DNA of 64,000 nucleotides, taken from assembly GCA_903813345.2 (NCBI GenBank), contig CAIIXF020000001.1, forward strand, positions 30,814,001-30,878,000, given 5' to 3'. This stretch comes from Owenia fusiformis (taxonomy: Eukaryota). Below are positions 1 to 12,000 of this stretch, piece after piece. A program made the position numbers and the translations under genes. Numbering within the stretch: position 1 is the stretch's first letter; every line of letters starts with the position of its first letter. Under the pieces are notes generated by a model that saw nothing but the letters and a program-made list of their open reading frames with translations, did no database searches and was not told the DNA's origin.

Positions 1-71
1 TCAAAGCATAAGTCTAATATATGTGTAGTATCCGAGCCCTAATGTCACTTTTTTTGTGGACACCCTGTATA
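1..71. mobile_element. Right end of a Tc1/mariner-type MITE (rest is upstream of window)
   Basis: Ends ttttttgtggacaccctg-TA, the reverse complement of a typical TA-CAGGGTGTCC terminus; partner TIR not in window. Confidence 0.45.
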
Positions 72-90
72 AATTCTCATGTTTTTACAG

Positions 91-3000
91 ATGGAAAGTT
101 GCAGAAAGACTATCAGGCCAATGTTGTTGATATAGAGGACCTTGTCACACTTGGAGAAAAACACAAGTAAGCACAGGTTAAGTCAGGCAATAACTAATGA
201 AAATATGTGAAATTACACTCCTGGTCAGCATCCCCCTTGTTACAGCTTACAACTGTGCTTAAATGTTCTGTTTAAACTGTAGTTCATACTTTTCAGTTTT
301 TGTTGAAGTCCGTGAAAATGAATGTAAAAAAATACTTATATGTTTCCAGAGTTTGCCCATACTACATGGCCAGAGAGTTGAAGAAAGAAGCAGAGATTAT
401 ATTCATGCCTTATAACTACTTACTTGATCCTAAGGTACATCCACATATCTACACTTTTGCTTGTAAAATAAGATTCAAAAGGCAGCATTTCAAGATGTTA
501 GCTGGTATAGTATTGTGTTCAAAGAGATAATTGGTTCATGCATATACAGGGTGGTCCAAAGAATCATTTACACTTTTGATTGCGTAGCATTTTTATGTCC
601 CCACACCACATAGTGTGGGGCCATATTGTCGGCCTAGGCGCGTCCGTCTGTCCGTCCGTCCGTCCGTCTGTCCGTCCGTACGTCCGGCAGTTTTCTCGAA
701 AACCGCTACAGATATCACCTTCAAATTTTCAGGGATAACTTATGAGTGCATACAGATGTGGACGAAAAAATTTTAACTTAATACCTACTTCCTGTCGGCC
801 ATTTTGAAGTCAAATGCTAAAATCCTTGTCTGCAAACTTTAAGAAAAACTGCTTCACAGTTGCTTTTAAAACTTTAACATCTTGTTCAGCTCACTTCATT
901 CTAGATCTGATTAGGTTTTGGACCTGCTAGCTCAGTCATGTCAGCCATTTTGAATGTCTTAAGAAAAGTTAGCGCGCGATAATACTTTGTATCATATTGA
1001 ATGGTGTTTTTGAGTTTTCATACTTTAACTATTTAGTAGCTTTATAAATAATTTCAGATGTACTTTGCTGTAAAAGCCTACTTTATTGTTAACAGTAGTT
1101 ATATGTGATAATTTTGTAAAAAGAAATCAGCAAAAACTCATAAGGACTTTTTTATTGTCGGCCATTTTGGATTTTTCGGTCCTAAAATCTTGTCTGTGAA
1201 GTCTTGTCTGCGCGTTTTCAGGTGAACTGTTTGGTGGATCAATTTCAAATTTTCAGGGATGATTCTTAGTATAAAAATCTAGATCTCATTAGTTTTTTGG
1301 CATTCTGGGTAAATGTCAAGGCAGCCATTTTGGATTTTCCATCCTAAAATCTTGTCTGTAAAGTCTTGTCTACTCGTTTTCAGGTGAACTGTTTGGTAGA
1401 TCAATTTCAAATTTTCAGGAATGATTCTTAGTATGAAAATCTAGAACTGATTAGTTTTTTTGCATTCTGGGTAAATGTCAAGGCAGCCATTTTGGATTTT
1501 CCGTCTTAAAATCTTGCCTGTAAAGTCTTGTCTACGCGTTTTAAGGTGAACGGTTTGATAGATCAATTTCAAATTTTCAGGGATGATTCTTTGTATGAAA
1601 ATCTACATCTGATTACTTTTTTTGCATTCTGCGTAAATGTTAAGGCAGCCATTTTGGATTTTCTGTCCTAAAATCTTGTCTGTAAAGTCTTGTCTACCCG
1701 TTTTCAGGTGAACCGTTTGGTAGATCAATTTCATATTTTCAGGGATGATTCTTAGTATGAAAATCTACAAACAGATTAGTTTTTTGACATTCTTGGTAAA
1801 TGTCAAGGCAGCCATTTTGGATTTTCCATCCTGAAATCTTGTCTGTAAAGTCTTGTTTACATGTTTTCTGGTTAACTGTGTGACGGATCAATTTCAAATT
1901 TTCAGGGGTGCTTCTTAGTATCAAAATCTAGAACTGACTAAATTTTTGGCATTCTGGGTAAATTTTAAGGTGGCCACTTTGGATTTTCCGTCCTCAAATT
2001 GTGTTGGTAAAGTCTTGTCTACTCATTTTCAGGATAACCATTTCACGGGATCACCACTTGGTGGGGACATTTTGTACACATTTGTGTTCTTGTCTAACAA
2101 TAGAAGGATTTCCCAATTGTTTTTCATAGACATGTCCTACAGACATGTACGTTTTGTGTTGTGTAAGTTTTATTATCATATACCGCCCTAATGTGAGTAC
2201 AGATCATTAGATTGTAATGTTCTCAATCCAAGCTCTTTGCATTCACTGTACTGTCCCTGATCTCTGTTTTGATATTCTTAAGCACATCAATAGTCTGGTG
2301 AATGTTTACATAGATCCTGCTTTTAAAGTATCCAGACCAAAAAAACTTTATAGGGGATATGCAGCGCTTGCATTAGGTTAGAAAATTTGTGAGTCCCAAG
2401 GACGCAATTTTTAAAAAAAAAAAGTGTGTCCCCTATTTCTAGCCTGTTTTGAGGTATAACTTTATTTTAAAAGCAGTTTTTACCAAAACACCTTTCAGTT
2501 TTTTCGAGGTCTCTTCTGCCGAAGGCAGCGCAAAGTAGGAGCGTGCGGGAGACCTCGAACCATTGATCACGTTTGCTCCTGTAATTATTCCCTTCTTCAC
2601 CTCTTTAAAATGTGATTTCAATCAGTTGATCAAATTTTCGGACTTTGACCTCTAATTCAAATATTAATATTTATTAAAAAAAATATTGACTCATTATTAT
2701 ATTTTTAAAATTCTTTCAAATAAAGTGAAATGAAGCCAAAATCAGCTAAAATTATGAAATGTCGTAAAATGGCGTGACTGGAATATGATGCAATCACCCG
2801 TGAAGTCAGACACGTATTGCCACATCAACAACTAAACAAACAATTAATATAGACTTCATTGATTGGTTTAAAGATTCTTCGCATCATTTGTGACGTCATA
2901 AACATGTTACCAACCAACAACTAAACAAATAACAAATAGGCATATTAGGTTCGTTCAGTGCCACGCTCTTGAATCAGTTATAAACAGGGATAATCAACAG

Positions 3001-6000
3001 ATACATGAGAGGGTCAGGCATTTTTTCGACTTGGAGACCTCGACTCGGGGAGTTTGCTGCATTTTTGATTTCTTGCCGCGAATTTAAAACGGAAGTAAAC
3101 GTTGAGTACGGACTGAATAAATGCATGTTCGTTCATTCGACAATGAATACATTTTATTTCATGAATAACCTCATATTTGTTTCTGAATAGGAAAAACTGT
3201 GGCGTGTCATGGTTTCAAATCTAAAAATAAACAGAGTCGAAAAAATTCGAGAGAATCATGATTATTTGTAAATATTCAACATGTTGAGCCTTATTTACGA
3301 TTCAAATAAAGGTGAGAGATCATAATTATTTGTTTTTGTTAGGTACATTGTAAACACATTGTAGTATTGACCTAAAAAGATTTTGCGTCCAAAAAACGGA
3401 AATATTTTCAATTTTTGCATCCTCCAAATTATTTTTGAGTCCTTAACATGTACGGGACGCCGTTAATGCAAGCCCTGGGATATGTCTTGAGAATGTGCAG
3501 ATCAAATGTGATCCATAAAATGGGAGATGTACTGGCGGAGGTATTCAAGTGAAACATTGGAGCAGTCTAATGTTGCTTCATCTTGCCGATAGATAACAGT
3601 ATCAATGTCAACCCAATGCTTCTGCCCCAGTGCCAGAATGAATGACCAGTATGGTCCAGTATCACCATTAAGACCCAACTTTCACCAGTCAACTTCTCTA
3701 CATCACATGTTTGATGCTGATGCTCAGAAGGCTAAACCTGAGTAGAAATGTGCATTTTCTATTTGTTGAAGGTCATTACAAACTTTAATGTGCAATTAAC
3801 TATAGCGATTCAGCACCAAAGAGCTTGGATTGAGCACATCACAAACTATTGGCCCATGCTCATATATATCATAAGCAATCATAAGCAACAGTAAACAAAG
3901 ATGAGGTAATTCATCATATTCAACACCTGTTTCCAGAAAACACGTACCCTTTAATTCTTGTCAAGATCAATTTTGAATATAGCAAGTATATGGAGTTGTT
4001 TGTTCTTAATATGCAATTTTGCATCTTTCTATGGCAGTATGGTGTATATGAATTGTGCAAATATATGCTGCATGTTCAGAATAATATTAAACAGTGTGTC
4101 AGAACTATGACTTCAAAAAACCCATTTTGCATAATCTATTCTACATAATTCCGTTGAATTTACAATCTTTCGAATACTGCAATTCTTTTTGTATTGATTT
4201 TGAAAAACAGTCTCGCCGGGCACATGGAATAGAACTTAGTGGAAATGTCATCATATTTGACGAGGCTCACAATCTGGAAAAGATCTGTGAAGAAAGTGCA
4301 TCATTTGACTTAAAAGCTGGTGACCTTGCCATGGCTATAGAAGAATTGGGGAGTGTACTTGACAAAGCACTTGAACTAGCCAAAGAGGAGGATAACCAAG
4401 ACATTGAGGGTGTACCCCCAACAAATTCAGGTAAGAACTTTACTGGTACTTCTATATACAGCGTATGTCTTATATTTGTGATTCTTTGATGAGATAATAA
4501 GTCATACTGTCTTTGGAATTGAATTGGTTTTATGATTACCAATGTTATAGACCATTTCTTATATTTTTGATTCATGAATGTTGCATGTTGCATCTATATG
4601 TATGACAGTCTTAAAATAACTGTTTTTTGCTTGTAGATGTAATACCAGATTTGCAACCAACAGAACTATACAGTGTAAAGGGTAAGATGTTCATTTACAG
4701 TAGGATGTTCACTTTTACTGGCATAGCCTCAACTAACCTTCATGTCACCTATAGCAATGTTCAGGCTTCAGTCTTTCAGTTTATACCTTATATCAGAAAT
4801 TTGTTGTATTTTTGTGTTTTCTTTCTACATAAGCCATTGTTTTTCCCCTAAATGTGAACACTTCTCAGTGGGTACAGTTATAACATTGGTATTATCTTTA
4901 GACATGTCTATTGTTCTATTGTACATTGCAGCTATGATGCTGAAGCTAGAAGAAGCCATAGACCAGATTGAGATCAAAGACAAAACAGCTGGGCTAACCA
5001 AACCTGGCGTGTGAGTAGTGGTTGTAAAAAATATAATATAATATACGATCTTTCCAACGATATATTACACTGGTTAGTACCATATACCATTGGCTTTGGC
5101 TATAAATGGGGAGAGGGCTTATTAGACACCCTGTTATACTGCATGTTGGATATGGTCATCGTTTAAATCATGGTTTTTCATTTGCTTGGAAAATTTGGAA
5201 AATTGTTTTTTAGTATTTTTAATCAGCTTTTTGCAACTTTGTACCCTATGGTAACACAGTTTTCACATTACAATTGCAGCTATACTACATGGTAGCAATA
5301 CTATCTTAAATTGATGATATTGTGTAACTTAGAAGTGTCACACCGACCTGAAGTCGACCCGAATCTCGTGTCGGAAAGCTCGGGTCAGGTCACCAACAAC
5401 TACTTACCTATTTCGGGTCAGGTCAGAACACTCGGGAACATCGTAAATTATCGTAAAATGCTTTATATTTCCGGCAATAATTTCTAGCTGGAATATTTCT
5501 TGTATACGTATAAATTACGAACATAAAATAATTTACAGTTCTTCTCTACGATTTAATACTAAGCTTCTATCATTTTTCTTTTATCAAAGTATAATATGCA
5601 GTAATGCCTGCTTAAACAGTATTATAATGTGCCATGTATCACCCAGTCGTTTCAGTCCTAGAACTAAATTAATTTTTCTGTTTTTTCGTGACCCGACCAG
5701 AAATTACCCCGGCCCGGGAACTTTTTTTGTAGGGTCGACCCGAAGTATAACTTACCCGTGACACCTCTAGTATAACTGTTCTCACTCACATCCTTTACTT
5801 TCTATACATGGAATCAGATGTTATGTTGAAGTTTTATTCTGTGTACTTATTAGTTGTTACAACATATATAATATACAATAACATGTTAAATTATTAATTG
5901 TAGATATATGTTTGAGCTGTTTGGTACATTCACTTCATCCTATTCATAAAATCAGCAGTTATGTGAAAGTTTTATTTTATTTTATGTGTTTGTTAATTGT

Positions 6001-9000
6001 TGAAATAACATTATATATTATACCATGTTGAATTATTGATTGCAGATACATATTTGAGCTGTTTGGTACAGTAGAACTTACATATGAGAACAAGAACAGA
6101 TACATCGAGGTCTTAGATAAAGCAATACAGCATTTAACAAATGATGGTAAGATTATACCAATTGAAAGAACTTACTGTAACTTGTGTTTCTATTTTCTCT
6201 CTTCGTTATCTATGTTGTGTTTGATACATATATAAATGATATTAATGCTAATTGTTGCATGGTATTATTTTTTTAACTCATGCCTATTACATAATGTTCA
6301 GCCAGACTTTTCATATAGATACAGTAGTCCTAAAATATGTTAGCCCCAAATAACATGAATAATATATATAACTATTCGCTATCCTGTATGTATTTCAGAG
6401 AGCAGTGGTTTCCAGAATAAAGGCCAGTCATTGTCTAAGTTCTGTGATGTCATAAAGATAGTGTTTAGTAGGGACCCTGATGAGGTGAAGACATATTCCA
6501 TGGTCAACCATCAACACTCTGTTGCCAAACATTTCAAGGTAAATGTCAACATTTCTATATAATGACAGTAATTTGATGATATGTAACAGTGTTATGATTC
6601 CAACAAATAATGTAGTAAGTAATATACAAATGCCTTTGTACACAACTCTATCTATGTAGATGATTATAAGCACGCATTGTGTATTCATATTAATTCATCA
6701 TTTTCCAAAATATTCCTGTTCTGAATTTTGATAGGTAAAATAGTATTCTACCATCTAATAACTTAAGGGAGACTTGTGACTTGTGCACCTCCTCACTTTT
6801 TTTATGTTTGCCATAATTTCCAGATCTACTCTTGTCATTTATATGCAATTTGCTTCTGTCCATCTAGGTGCACATCCAAGATGAAGTATCTGATGGGAAG
6901 AAGTCTGCTAGAATAGATGACTGGACAAAATCAACAAAATCACAGAAAAAAGGTATTGAGTGGGTATTCCAATTTATATGAATGAAGAATTTTTCAGCTC
7001 TCTGGTGATGCAAAAGCCATTCATTGCTACCCCAATAATTGTCTAAATTCTGATTTTTGAAGAATATGTTTGCGGAATCAACAGTTTACTGAAATAAATT
7101 AGAAGGTATTCTCAAATGATTACATAGGCCACTTTAAAACTTCAAAATGCCAACTTGGGCCCTTAATCACAAACATTGAATGTCATATTGTGTGAACTCA
7201 CATTATATCATAGTTATTGTTAAATTACCATGAACTTTGAGATAAACCTTGAATTAAATGTTAGTTCTAAATAAAACGGTTGGATACATTTAAAGGCATT
7301 ATATTTAAAAGTATGCATGATTCATGCATTATATATTAACATGGTATTTCAGGTCGCACCCTGAGCTACTGGTGTTTCAGTCCAGGACATACAATGGAAG
7401 ATCTGAAGGCACACAATGTCAAGTCTATTATTCTCACCAGTGGCACACTGGCTCCTTTAGAGTCATTTAAGACAGAAATGAGAATGTGAGTAGACTTAAA
7501 AGGTCCTGCTCAGGTACAGGTGTTGGTGTACCAGCGTTAAATTAAAGGGTCTTACTCATGTAAGTTAAAGGGTCAGGCACCTGGATTAAATTAAATTGAC
7601 ATCTTTTATCTGAACCTCATTTGATTACAACAACAATGAAATTTATTTTCCAGCTTAAGATTTATGTTTTTCGGTATGGGAACAGATAATTAAGGAGTCT
7701 GATGGGACACAAATAATATTTAATGTTGAAATCTGTTTTGCAGCCAGTTTGATGTTCAGCTTGAGAATCCTCATGTAATTAAACAACACCAAGTGTATAT
7801 AGGATCAGTATGTAAAGGCCCTGATGGGACACTTCTCAACTCCTCATATGAGACAAGGTTTACTACAAAATACCAGAACTCACTGGGTAACTCACTAGGT
7901 AAGTACTCAATACGCATTGAGGAGTACTATCTTGAACAGAAGATTAATAACAGATCATATTTTCATGATTTGTTGTAAAAATGGTTGTTGGGGTCAAGGG
8001 TCAAAGTAAGAGTTTCTTCGACTTTGTCGCATTCAACTGATGATTTGATTTGCTTTCAACATTTTATTTTTCATTCACTCTGTGTTCTTTATTGATATTA
8101 TGATTTTCCTTGGTATCACTCAAACTCATTTGATTTCACATACATGTACATATCTAGCTTAATTTTGTAGTTAACTTTGCCAGAGTGGTTCCCAATGGTC
8201 TACTGGTGTTTTTTCCATCTTACCCCGTGATGAATGGATGTGTAAAACAATGGCAGGTTAGTGGAGCAATTAAAGTTTCTTTCTTAGTTATAATTGAAAA
8301 ACTTTGTTATGATAAAATCTTCATCTGTTGTACATTATCTAGAATTGGATTGAAGATATTTAAATCTGATGTACATGTATAACACACATGTATGTGTTTA
8401 GAGCTTCTAATTGCTAAAGGCAGCAAAACAAGAGACTCTTGAAGATGGGATTACATCTTTTTCTTGTACATATACATTTACATGTATTTCAGCAAGGCGA
8501 AGGAAATATCTGGGGTCGCTTAACACAACATAAACCTATCTTCATCGAGCCTAGAGGGAAAGTAGACTTCCAAACTGCAATGGAGGAATTTTACGAGGCC
8601 ATAAATGATGAGTCTAAGAATGGTGCTATATTTATTGCTGTGTGTAGAGGAAAAGTAAGTAATGTATTACAGGATTGCAGTTGGGAAAAGGAGTGTGACA
8701 CTTATCAACTGAATATTTTTGGTCCAAGGAATTTAATACAAAAATATTTCACATTTTCATTGGTTTTCAAGAGGCACATTCTTCATTGGTGATTTTTAAA
8801 TTTTCCTGAATCTGAGATAACATTGATAAACACTAGAACTTCCAGTGAATATACTCCAAAGCTGAATATATCCAAAGGACCTTATACACCCTCCATTGGG
8901 ATCTCCCCATGGGAAAAAAATAATTCATCTGATTTTTCAAAATGAGTATTCTGCTTCAATTATTACATTTATATGCACACTAGTATCTTGTTGACCTATA

Positions 9001-12000
9001 TTCAGCACTGTATTGCTGTATAGGCCACTTATTAGGGTCATAATTCAATCATGAAGTGTAGAGGCATAGATTCCAAACCAGGGAGTATTTTTGTGTCTGT
9101 CAAAATCCATTTACATCCTACGCATCCCTGCATCTTATCCATATATGTTACTACATAATGAAATATTATAGTATAATCTTTGGTTTTGCAAAATTGTATT
9201 ATATTTGATAAGTGTAAAAGTTGTTTTTGGAGCATTTTTCTATAGCCATTTTGTAGGGGAAAAAATGATGAAAAAATGTACAATCTTTTAATTTTAAGTA
9301 TGACCTGAATCGATTGCAAACTTCATATTTGCACATTTGATGAGATAAACCATTTGTGTCGTATTGTGAAATTATTAAGTTTGCAATCGATTCAGGTCAT
9401 AGTGTATTTTTGGTATTTCTGTGATAATCAATGGAAACCAATGGCCTCTATTGGGATCTGCTGATATCCTCATGTTAAGTCAATGGTGCACAGCCCCATG
9501 TAAGTCAATACAACCTTACTGAACGAAATGATCCCTATCTCAGCTTATGTGTGTCCGAGCACTTTAATATTTTCCAAAGTATTATATGACATTTTATTCT
9601 TCATGTTACACCTACGAATGATTCATTTTGACCATAGGGATATTTGCCAATAATTGCACCTTGTCCTTCCAAAGATCTCTACTTGCCTCCAATTTCACTC
9701 ATGTCTCTACTACTCTTTCCTCTCTCTTGATAATGTGTTGATTGTTTCTGATATATCTCTGCATACCCCAGTATAGAGAATGTCATTCTTCATCTCAGTT
9801 GGGAGAGGCAAATTCTGGACTTTTCTGATGAAGTTTTTGGTATGAGAAAGTTTACCGGATGAGTTGAGACATTTACGAATACATCTCATTGCTTGGTTTT
9901 TAAGAGACACACTCTTTGTATGTACAATTCTAAGTTGTTCCTTTTGTTCAGGTTCATTTTTGAATATTTCCTGCGACTTTATGTATATTTTCTGTGCACA
10001 GGAAAGGCAGCTTGTTGTTATGGCTACATTTATCAATACGATATGTGCACATTTCATATTTAAAAATGTGCAATATGTGCCTTTGCTTAATTTACAAACA
10101 TCTAACAAAGCCCCATATTTGAGCATATGTTTTAAAATCTGTAAATCTACCTTTTTGCACTGTTCACCATTCAATACATTTTTCATCAGTATCTCCATTG
10201 GATATCTTCTTGAACCTATTTCACATTTCTGATTTGGATTAGCTCCTCTTTCAAGTAATTCTAACACAATGTTCTCTCTGGATCTCCATATAGCTGTTGT
10301 TAATATGGTTTCTATCCCTGGTGGGGCCATACTTGCTCCATTATCCAATAGCACTTGTACACAAGTTAATTTCCCTGACATGGCTGCCTCTCTCAGTGGC
10401 CAACCATAACATCCGTTTATATTCACTTCTTTTCCAAGTATGCATTTCACGATTTCTGCAAATCCTTTTTCACTGGCTACACATAATGGATCAATGTACA
10501 ATCTAGGTTCAAAATCCAGATCAGATGTTTCAATGTATTTCAGTAATATTTTCACACATTCAATGTGATTTCCCTCTGCTGCAAAGTACAAAGCATGCTG
10601 GATCAAAAGGCTACACATATTTAAATTAGGGCTGTATTTCTTGAGAAGTTTCTTACAGTCTTGACTTGCATATTTAGCTGTCCATGTTAAGACTGGTTGA
10701 TCTTCAAGATTGTCTTTAATTGACTGCCATTCCTCACTCATTCCTACATCCAGTAGTGTCTGTATACACTCTGTATTACCTGTAACTGCAGAATACAATA
10801 GTACAACTTGGTGCTTTCTTTTACCTGGATCAAGTTTTGCCCCATTCAGCAAGTGACACATGCAATCAGAATCACTGTGGATAATATATGGGAGTGTGCC
10901 AAGAAGATCCATTGCTTCTTCAAATTATTTTTGTCTTTAGCATGTATACGTTTGAACAATGTCCTGGTGCTTTGTTGTTTTAAGCTGCTACAGTCTCAGC
11001 ACACTTCCTTTTTTTTCTTCGTTGTTACGCATCAATATTAAGTATTATTGTAATACTGATCTTATACAGTTATATCAATGTTTAAACTAGTTCTTTCAAC
11101 AATGACCCAGAAGAAGATGCTGCATGTATTTGTTTGACGATTTGTCTTTGTACTTGATCAAATTTTCCTCTGTTGAATAGTATTTCATATAAAAGTATCC
11201 AACTTAAGTATCCTTAATGTTTTTCACAATTTCACTATTTTCACAACAAGTGCACAATGTACAATGCAAGTGCAAAATGCAGGACAGGAGCTCTCTATTA
11301 TTTTTGTGTTATGGCTTCATGGAAGGATTAACATTTTGACAATTTGATATATGTATACATATTCTTGATAAGAAGTATATTGTATCAAAGATGCATGTAT
11401 GTACATGAATACTTAAGATAGGGGCCTTATTACCCAAAGATTAAACAGGCAACAAAGTATACATTACATACATTGAGCATCATTTTTTGAATTGTCAGTA
11501 TATTTTGCTCACATCACTGTGCTTTTACACATTTACATTATTTTTGCATTTTGCTGCTACTTTAATCTTAGCCTAGTTATTGTCATAAATGTACACTTTT
11601 GGCAACTTGCAATGATTAATAATGAAGTCAATATAGCTGTTAAAAATCATGTTATATACAGTTTGTCTTTTGTAATGCCATAAGTGTGGCGATTGAAGAT
11701 GAATAAATATATTGATTAACTAGTGAACTCACTGATAATAAAAACAAACAAAAATATGTTATACAGTGGTATTGTGGATCATGAAACTCATCGCCTTATA
11801 CTTGCCCTCTCCAGGTGAGTGAGGGTTTGGACTTTGCAGACATCAATGGACGTGCTGTTGTTATCACTGGCCTCCCATACCCCCCAATGATGGACCCTAA
11901 AGTCAAGCTGAAGATGCAATTTCTTGATGAAATGAAAATTAAAATGAAAGAGGTTTGTCTTGAAGCGATGATTCACCTTCTCATTCCTTATATGTATGTA

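Larger units (their letters stand above)
547..3870 (-). mobile_element. Decayed, internally deleted Tc1/mariner-superfamily transposon interrupted by two later insertions
   Basis: TA-CAGGGTGGTCCAAA terminus at 545-560. Removing the insertion at 2362-3477 plus one TSD copy gives minus-strand ...[25 protein letters not shown]...[41 protein letters not shown], matching the QQDGA / WP..SPDL.P.DF.LWGYLK..IY...TI..LK..I..EI motifs. Degenerate inverted repeat ~2195-2250 vs ~3805-3865. Right boundary uncertain. Confidence 0.75.

Noticed and set aside
1161..2045. Regular repeats as a possible CRISPR array
   Set aside because: Units are ~162-bp full-length tandem copies with no unique spacers, no cas genes, and a spliced eukaryotic context.
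9864..10506. Plus-strand ORFs (122 aa, 69 aa) in the RTEL1 intron
   Set aside because: Antisense shadows of the ASB-like ORF; no RTEL1 similarity, and the RTEL1 frame joins 8654 to 11815 without them.
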